From Gammaproteobacteria bacterium (GTDB lineage Bacteria > Pseudomonadota > Gammaproteobacteria > Ga0077536), in NCBI GenBank assembly GCA_030429865.1, contig JAUIFX010000003.1, positions 1 to 56,335 of the forward strand: a stretch of 56,335 nucleotides of DNA. The letters are read 5' to 3'. How positions within the stretch are numbered: position 1 is the first letter of the stretch; each line of letters starts with the position of its first letter. Below the pieces are notes generated by a model. The model ran no database searches. It was not told the DNA's origin and was given only the letters and a program-made list of their open reading frames with translations. This document shows, piece by piece, positions 1 through 8,989 of the stretch. Made by a program: the position numbers and the translations under genes.

Positions 1-65
1 GGTGCGTGAGGCCGTCCTCGTCGAGCAGGTCCTCGGCGCTGACCTTGCGGATGCGCACGTGCACG

Positions 66-1052
66 TCGTTCGTGATACCGGCGTTTTCCCACGATACTTT
101 CCTCATCGTGCTCGAGGCGGCGTTCATCCTCGCCCTGCTCGGTGCGATCGACAGCCTGCTCACCTCGCTCGTCGCCGACAACATGACGCGCACGCGGCAC
201 AACTCGGACCGCGAGCTGGTCGGGCAGGGCATCGGCAACACCGTGGCCGGGCTGTTCGGCGCCATTCACGGCGCCGGCGCGACGATGCGTACGGTGGTCA
301 ACATCCGCACCGGCGGCCGCACGCGCGTATCGGGCATGATCCACTCGATGCTGCTGCTCGCCGTCGTCCTGGTGCTCGCGCCCCTGGCCCAGCAGATCCC
401 CCACGCGGTGCTCGCCGGCATCCTGCTCAAGGTGGGCTACGACATCATCGATTTCTCCTACCTGCTGCGCGCGCACAAGGGGCCGCGGTGGGATCTCGCG
501 CTGATGATGCTGGTGCTCGGTCTGACCGTGTTCGTCGATCTCATCACGGCGGTGGCCGTGGGCGTGGTGCTGGCGGCCCTCGCGTTCGCCAAGCAGATGG
601 CCGACGTGCAGCTCGCCGCGTTCGGGCGCAGCACCGGCCAGAGCCTGACGGGCGAGGAGCGCACCCTGCTCGAGGCCTCCGGCGGGCGCGTCACGCTGTT
701 CGATTTCACCGCCCCGCTGAGTTTCGGCGCGGCCGCGGATCTCGGGCACCAGGTGCGCGAACGGGTCAAGGATCATGCGAGTGCAATCGTGCTCGATTTC
801 ACCGGGCTCGAGTTCATGGACGTTTCCGCCGCACGGGCCGTGGAGACCATCGGCTGCGATGCCCGCCAGTCGGGCAAGCGGGTGTACGTGGTCGGTATGA
901 GTGATCGCGTGCGCAGCGTGCTCCGCGGCCTCGATGCCGATCACTGCCTGCCACCGGATACCGCCTACGAGAACCGCGTCGACGCGCTGCGTGCCGCCGT
1001 CGCCGACGCCGCGGCGCCGGGCGGCGCACCGGCCCGCGCCACCGCCGGCTGA
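66..1052 (+). CDS. SulP/BicA-family anion (bicarbonate/sulfate) transporter with C-terminal STAS domain, 5'-truncated
   Basis: Motifs LGAIDSLLTSLVAD, ELVGQGIGN, GAGATMRTVVN, IPHAVLAGIL, and STAS-like LSFGAA / FMDVSAA. SulP-like sequence starts only at about nt 66 (SFVIPAF). Confidence 0.88.
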   Translation, partial: SFVIPAFSHDTFLIVLEAAFILALLGAIDSLLTSLVADNMTRTRHNSDRELVGQGIGNTVAGLFGAIHGAGATMRTVVNIRTGGRTRVSGMIHSMLLLAVVLVLAPLAQQIPHAVLAGILLKVGYDIIDFSYLLRAHKGPRWDLALMMLVLGLTVFVDLITAVAVGVVLAALAFAKQMADVQLAAFGRSTGQSLTGEERTLLEASGGRVTLFDFTAPLSFGAAADLGHQVRERVKDHASAIVLDFTGLEFMDVSAARAVETIGCDARQSGKRVYVVGMSDRVRSVLRGLDADHCLPPDTAYENRVDALRAAVADAAAPGGAPARATAG

Positions 1053-1205
1053 AAGCGCTGCCGCACCCTCCGCCACGGACCACCAGGGTCCGTGGTTGGC
1101 GTCCCCCGTACTGCCTGCTTCCTTTCCCCTTCCTCGCCCGACATCCCCGGCCGACACGTGGCGCTACGCTGCGCCCGCCGGCGCGCCGCGTCCGCTGAGC
1201 GCTGA

Positions 1206-1241
1206 CGCCGCTGCGGTGGGCGCCGCTGCGGTGGGCGCCGC
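1206..1241. repeat. 15-bp tandem repeat CGCCGCTGCGGTGGG x2.4, intergenic
   Basis: Exact copies at 1206-1220 and 1221-1235, partial at 1236-1241. Confidence 0.8.
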
Positions 1242-1299
1242 CGCGTCGCGCCTCGCGCGCCGCGCCTGATCGCCCCGTTCGGGCCGCATCCCTGCCGGC

Positions 1300-1332
1300 C
1301 TGTCACAAAACTGCAATAAAACCGTCACACAA
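1300..1332 (+). promoter_or_regulatory. Pho box (PhoB site), three 11-bp units
   Basis: CTGTCACAAAA / CTGCAATAAAA / CCGTCACACAA match the CTGTCAT-A/T-rich 11-bp periodic consensus, about 115 nt upstream of a phosphate-porin-like gene. Confidence 0.8.
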
Positions 1333-1446
1333 TCCCCGCCCGACCGCACATTCACTGTCGTGCCCGCCGTGCCGCGCATCGTTACCCACGCGCGCGCGGC
1401 GCCGCGGCACGACCGCATTCGCGCACTGCGAGAGGAGCGAGGCCTG

Positions 1447-2961
1447 ATGAAGTTGTTTCCTGAATTCAAACGGTTAGCCGGATTTTCCCTGGCCGCTATC
1501 CTGGCCGGCGGAAGCGCCGCCTCGATCGCCGCGGACCAGGAGCTGCTCGACATCCTGCTCGGCAACGGCGTCATCACACAGGCGCAATATGACCGTTTGA
1601 TGAAGAAGGACACCCTCACCACCAAGGACATTCTGGGCAGCGGCGAAGCGGCGCCGGCCCCCGCGCCGGTCGTCGCCGACCCGGCGCTCGACGAGAAGGT
1701 CGACGCCGCGGTCGCGCGGGCCGTCGACAAGCACCTCGATGCGCAGGCCGAGGCGCGCGTCGTCGACAAGGTCGCACAGCGTCTCGAAGAGGACTTCCCG
1801 GTCAAGGCGAGCTACGGCTCGAAGGGTTTTCGTCTCGAATCGCGTGACGGCAAGTGGCAGACCAACCTGCAGTGGCGCGCACAACTACGTTACACGAACC
1901 CCTACAACGGCGATCCGCGGCAGGTCTCGGACTTCACCAGCGAGGACGAGAGCTCGTTCGAGGCGCGCCGGCTGCGCATGAAGATCGGTGGACACGGCTA
2001 CGAGCCGTGGCTCAAGTACTACTTCGAGGTCGACCTGCAGCCCAGCCGCGATGTCGACGACGACTCGGAAGCGGCCAGCGCGCGCGTCATTGACTGGCGT
2101 ATCGACGTTGCCAAGTTCCCGTGGGCCGAGCTGCGCGTCGGCCAGTGGAAGATCGACTTCAACCGCGAGCGCGTCGACTCCTCGGGGCGTCAGCAGTTCG
2201 TCGAACGCTCCATCGTCAACCGCGTCTTCACCATCGACCGCCAGGTCGGCGTGCAGCTGCGTGGTCACCTGTTCGAGGGCACGCCGGCCGACATGCGCTA
2301 CTGGGCGGGCGTGTTCACCGGCGAGGGACGTGGCGTACTCAATTCCGACGAGAACATGATGTACATGGGGCGCTTGCAGTGGAACTTCCTCGGCCGCGAC
2401 CTCGACTGGCGCCAGACCGACGTCGAGTTCACCGAACAGCCGACCGGCAGCCTCGCGTTCGCCGCCGCCACGCACAAGGGGCGCTGCACGCGCTGGTCCT
2501 CGGGCGGTTGCGGCAATCTCGACGGCTACGCACGGCCGGGTAACGCGCTCGACGGGCAGTTCGAGGTCGACCAGATGGTGCAGGAATTCGCCTTCAAGTG
2601 GCGCGGCCTCTCGGTGCAGGAGGAGTTCCACTGGAAGACCGTCGCCGACGCGGCGGCGCGCACGAAGAACGACCTCGTCGGTGCCTACGCGCAGGCCGGC
2701 TACTTCTTCCACTACCTGTTGCCGGTGGTGCCGGCACCGCTGGAACTCGCGTTCCGCTACGCTTTCGTCGACGAGCCGAACCGTTTCGACCGCGCGCTCG
2801 ACAACCATCGTGAAGAGTACACCGTGGGCGCCAACTGGTTCTTCGCCGGGCACAACAACAAGCTGACCCTGGACTACTCGCACCTGACGCTCGAGGACAC
2901 GTTCCTCAATCGCAACGTGTCCGACGACCGCGTGCGCTTCCAGTGGGACGTCTCGTTCTGA
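1447..2961 (+). CDS. OprO/OprP-like phosphate-selective porin
   Basis: Signal peptide; ARRLRMKIGGH, GQWKIDF, SSGRQQFVERS motifs; ends in a beta-signal (FQWDVSF); GAGGAG RBS; upstream Pho box. Confidence 0.8.
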   Translation: MKLFPEFKRLAGFSLAAILAGGSAASIAADQELLDILLGNGVITQAQYDRLMKKDTLTTKDILGSGEAAPAPAPVVADPALDEKVDAAVARAVDKHLDAQAEARVVDKVAQRLEEDFPVKASYGSKGFRLESRDGKWQTNLQWRAQLRYTNPYNGDPRQVSDFTSEDESSFEARRLRMKIGGHGYEPWLKYYFEVDLQPSRDVDDDSEAASARVIDWRIDVAKFPWAELRVGQWKIDFNRERVDSSGRQQFVERSIVNRVFTIDRQVGVQLRGHLFEGTPADMRYWAGVFTGEGRGVLNSDENMMYMGRLQWNFLGRDLDWRQTDVEFTEQPTGSLAFAAATHKGRCTRWSSGGCGNLDGYARPGNALDGQFEVDQMVQEFAFKWRGLSVQEEFHWKTVADAAARTKNDLVGAYAQAGYFFHYLLPVVPAPLELAFRYAFVDEPNRFDRALDNHREEYTVGANWFFAGHNNKLTLDYSHLTLEDTFLNRNVSDDRVRFQWDVSF

Positions 2962-3093
2962 GCCCGCGCCTGGGTGCGGTGCAGCAACGGGCCGCGCCGC
3001 ACCCACTCCCGTCACGGCTTGTCCTGCGCCCGCTTTGCGAGTCCAATGATGTGCGGTACAGGACACATCACCGATTCTCGGGGGAGGGCGGCT

Positions 3094-4392
3094 GTGATTC
3101 GCGATCTGGGCGACATCGACATTCACCGGCCACGGCGTTACGCCGAGCAGGGCTATCCATGGCAGGAGTGGGACCTGCTGCGCCGCGAGGCGCCGGTATT
3201 CTGGTACGAGCGCGATGACATCGAGCCCTTCTGGGCGGTGACGCGCTACGAGGACATCATGACCGTGTCCGGCCATCCGGACGTGTTCATCAACGGCGGC
3301 CCGCGTCTGCGCCTCGCGCTCAAGGACGAAACCGAGCTGCTGCGCGGCGGGCTCGACGAGTTCGGGCGCTCGCGCGGCTGGGACCCGGACGAGCCGCCCG
3401 ACCTGACGTTCATGGACGACCCGCGCCACCGCCACGTGCGCAAGGCCTCGAGCTGGGCCTTCACGCAGGGCTGCATGCGCGGGCTCGCCGCGCACTTCGA
3501 CGAACTTGCCGCCGGCTTTGCCGAAGAGTTCATGCACGAGCTGGAGGCGGCGACGGCACGCGGCGAGAGCGTCGACTTCGTGCACGCCTTCGCGGCCAAG
3601 CTGCCGCTCGCCGCGGTCGGCGAGATCATGGGCCTGCCAGACGGCGACTGGAAGAAACTGCTGCTGTGGTCCGAGGCGATCATCGGCGAGGTGCCCCCCG
3701 AGCAGATCCGGCCCGGCGAGACCCTGAACGAGGCCGCGGAACGCAACATGAACGAGTTCCGCACCTACCTCGAAGGGCTGGTGCAGGAGCATCGCCGCCC
3801 GGGCGGCGGGCCGTCGGCCTTCATCAACCGCCTGGTCGAGGCCGAGGTGCAGGGCCGGAAGATGAACGACCAGCAGCTCATCGGCTATCTGTTCGTGCTC
3901 ATCGGCGCCGGCAACGACACCACCCGCAACGCCACCGCGGGTGGCCTTGCCGCGCTGCTCGAGCACCCCGCGGAACGCGATCGCCTGTGCGCCGACCCGG
4001 CGCTGCTCGGCAGCACGGTCGACGAGGTGCTGCGCTGGACCTCACCGGTGATCAGCTTCCTGCGCACCGCAACGCGGGAGTTCGAACTCGCCGGCACGCG
4101 CATCGCGGCCGGTGACACCGTGTGCATGTTCTACCCTTCGGGCAATCGCGACGAGGCACGCTTCGAGGATCCGTATCGGTTCGACATCGCGCGCACGCCC
4201 AACGACTACCTGAGTTTCGGCTACGGCGCCCATTTCTGTCTCGGTACCAACCTCGCACGCGCCGAGCTGGCGGCAATGCTCAAGGCCCTGATCCCCCTGT
4301 TGCCGCGCATCGAACTCGCGCCCGGTGCGACGCGGATCGCGAACACGCACGTGTCCGGCTATTCGAAGTTGCCGGTACGCGCTGCGGCATGA
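3094..4392 (+). CDS. Cytochrome P450
   Basis: Heme motif FGYGAHFCLG, K-helix EVLR, I-helix AGNDTT; GTG start after GGAGG. Confidence 0.95.
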   Translation: MIRDLGDIDIHRPRRYAEQGYPWQEWDLLRREAPVFWYERDDIEPFWAVTRYEDIMTVSGHPDVFINGGPRLRLALKDETELLRGGLDEFGRSRGWDPDEPPDLTFMDDPRHRHVRKASSWAFTQGCMRGLAAHFDELAAGFAEEFMHELEAATARGESVDFVHAFAAKLPLAAVGEIMGLPDGDWKKLLLWSEAIIGEVPPEQIRPGETLNEAAERNMNEFRTYLEGLVQEHRRPGGGPSAFINRLVEAEVQGRKMNDQQLIGYLFVLIGAGNDTTRNATAGGLAALLEHPAERDRLCADPALLGSTVDEVLRWTSPVISFLRTATREFELAGTRIAAGDTVCMFYPSGNRDEARFEDPYRFDIARTPNDYLSFGYGAHFCLGTNLARAELAAMLKALIPLLPRIELAPGATRIANTHVSGYSKLPVRAAA

Positions 4393-4422
4393 GCCCGGCC
4401 CGTTTGGAGGAGTTGACCGTCC

Positions 4423-5427
4423 ATGACTGAGGCAGCGTCGCCCGCGCTCAAGCCCGACACCATCAATCGCCACATCAACAACGTCTACCCGGCGCTGGCC
4501 ATGCTTGCCGGCATGCAGCTCGAGGTTTTCACGGCGCTCGGCGACGAAGCGGTCGATGCCGCGACCGCGGCCGGGCGGCTGGGCGTGGCGACCGACAAGC
4601 TGCGCCCGTTGCTCTACGCGCTGGTCACCGCGGGCCTGCTCGAAGTCGACGGGGAGCGCTTCAGCAATGCTCCCGAGGCGGCCGAGTTCCTCGTCAAGGG
4701 CCGCCCGCGCTACCTCGGTGGCGCGCACCAGGCGTATTCCGACCTGTGGTCGTCGACGATGCACACCGCGGCGTCGATCCGCACCGGTATCCCGCAGGCA
4801 CGGCACGACTTCTCCGCCATGTCGCACGCCGAGCTGCGCGCTTTCGTGCGCGGCCTCGATGCCGGTGCCGGCGCGACCGCGCGGCGCCTGCACAAGACCT
4901 TCGACATGGGGCGTTTCGATCGGCTGCTCGATGCCGGTGGCGGCTCCGGTGGCCTTGCCATGGCGCTCGCCCGCCTGTGTCCGCAGCTCCGCGCAACGGT
5001 CGCCGAGCTGCCCAACGTTGCCGTCATCACGCGTGAATGCGTGGCGGAGGACGGCATGGCGGATCGCGTCGAGGTCATCGATGCCGACCTTACCGCGGCG
5101 CCGCCGCCGGGGACTTACGACGCCGTCGTGCTACGCTCGGTGTTGCAGGTGCTCTCGGCGGCGCAGGCCGCCGCGGTCCTGCGCCATGCGAGCGCGGCGC
5201 TCGCGCCCGGCGGCGAGTGTTTCGTCGTCGGGCGCATGCTCGACGACTCGCGCCTCGCGCCGCTCGACGCGGTCGCCGTCAACGTGATGTTCCTCAATGT
5301 CTACGAGCACGGCCAGGCGTACACGGAGTCCGAGTACCGCGCCTGGTTCGAGCAGGCCGGGCTTGCCGGCGTTGCGCGTCTTCCGCTCGCCGGCGGTTAC
5401 AGCATCATGCACGGCACGCGCGGCTGA
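4423..5427 (+). CDS. SAM-dependent O-methyltransferase (Methyltransf_2 with N-terminal dimerisation/wHTH domain)
   Basis: LLDAGGGSG SAM motif, ELPNV, N-terminal helical dimerisation region. Confidence 0.85.
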   Translation: MTEAASPALKPDTINRHINNVYPALAMLAGMQLEVFTALGDEAVDAATAAGRLGVATDKLRPLLYALVTAGLLEVDGERFSNAPEAAEFLVKGRPRYLGGAHQAYSDLWSSTMHTAASIRTGIPQARHDFSAMSHAELRAFVRGLDAGAGATARRLHKTFDMGRFDRLLDAGGGSGGLAMALARLCPQLRATVAELPNVAVITRECVAEDGMADRVEVIDADLTAAPPPGTYDAVVLRSVLQVLSAAQAAAVLRHASAALAPGGECFVVGRMLDDSRLAPLDAVAVNVMFLNVYEHGQAYTESEYRAWFEQAGLAGVARLPLAGGYSIMHGTRG

Positions 5428-5440
5428 GCGACGCGGCGCG

Positions 5441-6232
5441 GTGGCGGCCAAGGCGCGCGCCAGGCGCCGGCCCGGGCGCCGGCCGCCGGCACGCGGGCGG
5501 CAACGCCGGCGGCCGCGGCGGTGGCCGCGGCGGTGGCCGCGGCTGCTCGCCGCGCTGCTGCTCGTTCTTGCCGCGGTCACCGTCCTGCCGGTCGCCCTGC
5601 TGCGCGTCGCCGATCCGCCGTTGACCGCCTTCATGTTCGCCGCGCAGCTCGATGCCTGGCGGCGGGGGGATGCGGATTTCGAACTCGATTACCGGCCGCA
5701 GCAGCTGGGCGCCATCTCGCCCTGGGTCGCGCTGGCGGTGATCGCGGCGGAGGACCAGAAGTTTCCCGACCACCACGGCTTCGACCTCGACGCGATCGGC
5801 GATGCGCTCGAGGCCCATCGCGACGGTGCCCGCCTGCGCGGCGCCAGCACGCTCAGCCAGCAGGTCGCGAAGAACCTGTTCCTGTGGTCGGGACGGAGCT
5901 GGCTGCGCAAGGGCCTGGAGGTGGGCTACACGGTCTTGCTCGAGGCGCTGCTCGACAAGCGCCGCATCCTCGAACTGCATCTCAACATCGCCGAGTACGG
6001 CCCCGGTATCTACGGGGTGGAGGCCGCAGCGCAACGCTACTTCGGGCGCAGCGCCGGGTCGCTCGATCGGCACCGGGCAGCGCTGCTCGCGACGGCGCTG
6101 CCCAATCCGCGACGCTTCCGTCTCGACCAGCCGGACGCGTCGATGCGCGGACGCCAGGCGTGGATCCTGCGCCAGATGCGCAACCTCGGTGGTACGGCCT
6201 GGCTCGGGCGGCTCGAGCGGGCGGGACGGTGA
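5441..6232 (+). CDS. mtgA: Monofunctional peptidoglycan transglycosylase
   Basis: GT51 motifs AEDQKFPDHHGFD, RGASTLSQQVAKNLFL, RKGLE; N-terminal TM helix. Start codon uncertain. Confidence 0.92.
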   Translation: MAAKARARRRPGRRPPARGRQRRRPRRWPRRWPRLLAALLLVLAAVTVLPVALLRVADPPLTAFMFAAQLDAWRRGDADFELDYRPQQLGAISPWVALAVIAAEDQKFPDHHGFDLDAIGDALEAHRDGARLRGASTLSQQVAKNLFLWSGRSWLRKGLEVGYTVLLEALLDKRRILELHLNIAEYGPGIYGVEAAAQRYFGRSAGSLDRHRAALLATALPNPRRFRLDQPDASMRGRQAWILRQMRNLGGTAWLGRLERAGR

Positions 6233-6242
6233 GTGTCCCGGC

Positions 6243-6896
6243 TCAGATACCGACGAACGGCTGCACCAGGCGGGGCGCCAGTTCGCGGAAGCGCAGCCGT
6301 CCCTCGGTCACCGCGAGACAGACGCACTCGCCGTCTCGGGTGATCACGGGCCGGTGCTCGGTGCTCTCGTCGGCGTCTTCGATATCGCCGGCGCGGAAAA
6401 TCTCCGAGCCGCAGAAATAGGCGCCCTTGAGCACCAGCGTGAGCTCGCTGCCGCCGTGGCCGTGCACCGGCAGGACGGTGCCCGGCTGGCCGCGCAGCAT
6501 CCACATCCGGGCGCCGTCCTGCTCCGAGAGCCGGCACAGGCGCAGGCCACGTCCAATCTGGCGCCAGGGCAGCGCATCCAGGCTCGAGTTCAGGTATACC
6601 TGGACGAACTGCTCGATGTCGTCCGTCGCGCCCAGGCCGTGAGCGCGCGAGACGGCGGCTGCGCCGTTGTGGCGCTGCTCGTGCTCGTCGCAGATCTCGC
6701 GCGCGCCGCCGGGCGCTTGGGCCGCCGGCAGGGCGTGCAGCAACTCGCCGCCCAGGCGCTCGGCGAATTCGATCGTCGCGCGGCACTCGGCGCAGACGCC
6801 GACGTGCGCGCGCAGCACCGCTTCGAAGGCTTCGTTGAGATTGCCGAGCGCGTAATCCAGCAGCCAGGCTTCGCTGGGGTGATGCACGATACTCAT
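6243..6896 (-). CDS. chrR: ChrR anti-sigma factor (ZAS plus cupin)
   Basis: HHPSE...HVGVCAEC zinc motif, C-terminal cupin HGHGGSELTLVLKG; coupled to the ECF sigma gene. Confidence 0.92.
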   Translation of the reverse strand: MSIVHHPSEAWLLDYALGNLNEAFEAVLRAHVGVCAECRATIEFAERLGGELLHALPAAQAPGGAREICDEHEQRHNGAAAVSRAHGLGATDDIEQFVQVYLNSSLDALPWRQIGRGLRLCRLSEQDGARMWMLRGQPGTVLPVHGHGGSELTLVLKGAYFCGSEIFRAGDIEDADESTEHRPVITRDGECVCLAVTEGRLRFRELAPRLVQPFVGI

Positions 6897-7492
6897 CAGG
6901 CATCTCCCTCCATCAACTTGCGCAGGCGGTTAAAGGCCAGCCGCGTGCGCGATTTCACCGTGCCGATGGGCAGACTCAGCATCTCGGCGATTTCCCGGTG
7001 CGAGCGCCCTTCGACGTAAACGAGGAGCAGGATACGTCGCTGCTCCGCGGGCAGTTCTTCGAGCAGCGCGGCAACCTGCGCGCGGTTGGCATCCCGCTCC
7101 GGTACCTCGCTGCCCTCGCGCGTGAGGGGTTCGAGCGTGGCGTAGCCGTCGTGGGCGCGATTGCGCCGCTCCCCCGCGCGGAAATGGTCAATCATGCGAT
7201 TGCGCGCCAGCGTGTACATCCAGGTCCGGGCCGAGGCCTTGGAGCCGTCAAACAGGTGCGCGCGCGTCCACGCGGTGACCATCACGTCCTGCACCACGCT
7301 CTCGGCGGTCGAGGCTTCGCAGCCCTGGGCGGTGATCCAGGCCGTTAGGCGAGGCGTGAACAAGGCGAAGAGTCGCTCGAAAGCGGCGCGGTCGCCGTCG
7401 TCACGAACGCGTTCGAGCAGGCGCGTCTCCGCGGCCCGCTCGGCAGCGGCCTGGTCCGGCGCACCGTCGCCCAGGTTGATGATGTTGGGCAT
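6896..7492 (-). CDS. rpoE: ECF sigma factor RpoE (sigmaE-ChrR, ECF11 type)
   Basis: Region 2 (AESVVQDVM...TWMYTLARNRMID) and region 4 (SHREIAEMLSLPIGTVKSRTR); overlaps chrR start. Alternative start at 7525. Confidence 0.9.
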   Translation of the reverse strand: MPNIINLGDGAPDQAAAERAAETRLLERVRDDGDRAAFERLFALFTPRLTAWITAQGCEASTAESVVQDVMVTAWTRAHLFDGSKASARTWMYTLARNRMIDHFRAGERRNRAHDGYATLEPLTREGSEVPERDANRAQVAALLEELPAEQRRILLLVYVEGRSHREIAEMLSLPIGTVKSRTRLAFNRLRKLMEGDA

Positions 7493-7533
7493 GGCACGGC
7501 TGCGGGCGTGTGTGGTTCGGGTCATGCGCATTC

Positions 7534-7559
7534 TACGCCCCATCGCGCAAGCCGGATCA
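7534..7559 (-). promoter_or_regulatory. sigmaE (ECF11) promoter for rpoE-chrR
   Basis: Minus strand reads TGATCC-N15-GCGTA. Confidence 0.85.
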
Positions 7560-7586
7560 CGTCCGTAGGATACTGAAAACTCGGGG

Positions 7587-7612
7587 TGATCCTGCCGATG
7601 GCGGGCAGCGTA
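7587..7612 (+). promoter_or_regulatory. sigmaE (ECF11) promoter for the desaturase-DUF1365-cfa-MFS operon
   Basis: TGATCC (7587-7592)-N15-GCGTA (7608-7612). Confidence 0.85.
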
Positions 7613-7649
7613 ATCGGATTCAGAGTAAATTCCCGGGCGGAGGGGCAGC

Positions 7650-8984
7650 ATGGACAACAGTAGCAGCCGCAAGCGCATTGCGGTCGTCGGTGCGGGCATT
7701 GCCGGGCTGGGCGCGGCATGGGCACTGGCGCGCCGCCACGCGGTGACGCTCTACGAACAGGCGCCGCGGTGCGGTGGCCACGCCAACACGGTCGAGATCG
7801 ACCTCGACGGCAGCGTGCTGCCCGTCGACACCGGGTTCATCGTCTATAACGCGCGGAACTATCCGCACCTCGTCGCGCTGTTCGACCATCTCGACGTGCC
7901 GACGACGCCGAGCGACATGTCTTTCGCCGTCTCCCTCGATGGCGGCCGGGTCGAGTATGCGGGCTCGGATCTCAACGGGCTGTTCGCGCAACGCCGCAAT
8001 ACGCTCCGGCCGCGCTTCTGGCGCATGCTGCACGACATCCAGCGCTTCTACCGGCACGCACCGCGCTACCTCGAGCGGGGCCTGTCCGGGCTCAGCATCG
8101 GTGCGCTGCTCGACGCCGAAGGCTACTCGTCCGCTTTCGTCGAAGACCACCTGGTGCCGATGGCCGCCGCGATCTGGTCGGCCTCGCGCGCCGACATCCG
8201 GCAGTACCCGGCGGATGCCTTCATCCGCTTCTTCGACAACCACGGCCTGCTCACACTCACGCAGCGGCCGCAGTGGCGCACCGTCTCCGGCGGCAGCCGC
8301 GAGTACGTGTCGCGCCTGCTCGCCGACGTGCGGCTCGAGGCCCGCCTCGCCGCGCGCGTCGCCCGCCTCGAGCGTTCCGACGATGGCGTGCGCGTCATCG
8401 ACGCGCAGGGCCACGCGCAGCGCTTCGACGACGTGGTGGTCGCGACGCATGCCGACGAGGCACTCGCGCTGCTGGGCGACGCCGGCGCGGACGAGCGGGA
8501 AGTGCTCGGCGCGGTGCACTACAGCGACAACGTCGCCTGGCTCCACGAGGACCCGGCGCACATGCCGCGGCGGCGCGCGGCGTGGTCGAGCTGGAACTAC
8601 ATGCACGATGCCCGGCTTGGTGAAGCCCGCCCCTTGAGCGTCAGCTACTGGATGAACCGGCTGCAGCCGCTCGCGACGCGGCGTGACCTGATCGTCACGC
8701 TCAATCCCCTCAGCGCGCCGCGCGCCGTCCACGGCCGCTTCGAGTACACCCACCCGATCTTCAACCGCGAGACTGCCGCCGCGCAACGCCGTTCGCTCGA
8801 GGTACAGGGTCGCCGGCGTACCTGGTTCTGCGGTGCATGGCTCGGCCATGGCTTCCACGAGGACGGCCTGCAGTCCGGGCTGTGGGTCGCCGAGCAGCTC
8901 GGCGCGGCGGTGCCGTGGCGCGACAGCGCGGGGTTCGACCGCCTGCCGGACGGGTACGGCGCCGAGCGCTCGCGCGCGGCCTGA
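7650..8984 (+). CDS. FAD-dependent oxidoreductase, amine-oxidase fold (UfaD/RSP1091-like desaturase)
   Basis: IAVVGAGIAG, GGHANT, VDTGFIVYN, CGAWLGHGFHEDG motifs; conserved synteny. Confidence 0.88.
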   Translation: MDNSSSRKRIAVVGAGIAGLGAAWALARRHAVTLYEQAPRCGGHANTVEIDLDGSVLPVDTGFIVYNARNYPHLVALFDHLDVPTTPSDMSFAVSLDGGRVEYAGSDLNGLFAQRRNTLRPRFWRMLHDIQRFYRHAPRYLERGLSGLSIGALLDAEGYSSAFVEDHLVPMAAAIWSASRADIRQYPADAFIRFFDNHGLLTLTQRPQWRTVSGGSREYVSRLLADVRLEARLAARVARLERSDDGVRVIDAQGHAQRFDDVVVATHADEALALLGDAGADEREVLGAVHYSDNVAWLHEDPAHMPRRRAAWSSWNYMHDARLGEARPLSVSYWMNRLQPLATRRDLIVTLNPLSAPRAVHGRFEYTHPIFNRETAAAQRRSLEVQGRRRTWFCGAWLGHGFHEDGLQSGLWVAEQLGAAVPWRDSAGFDRLPDGYGAERSRAA

Positions 8985-8989
8985 CGGCG

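Noticed and set aside
1072-1135. Hairpin GCCACGGAC/GTCCGTGGT plus a pyrimidine tract after the SulP gene as an sRNA
   Set aside because: Explained adequately as a 3' hairpin; no further structure or promoter evidence.
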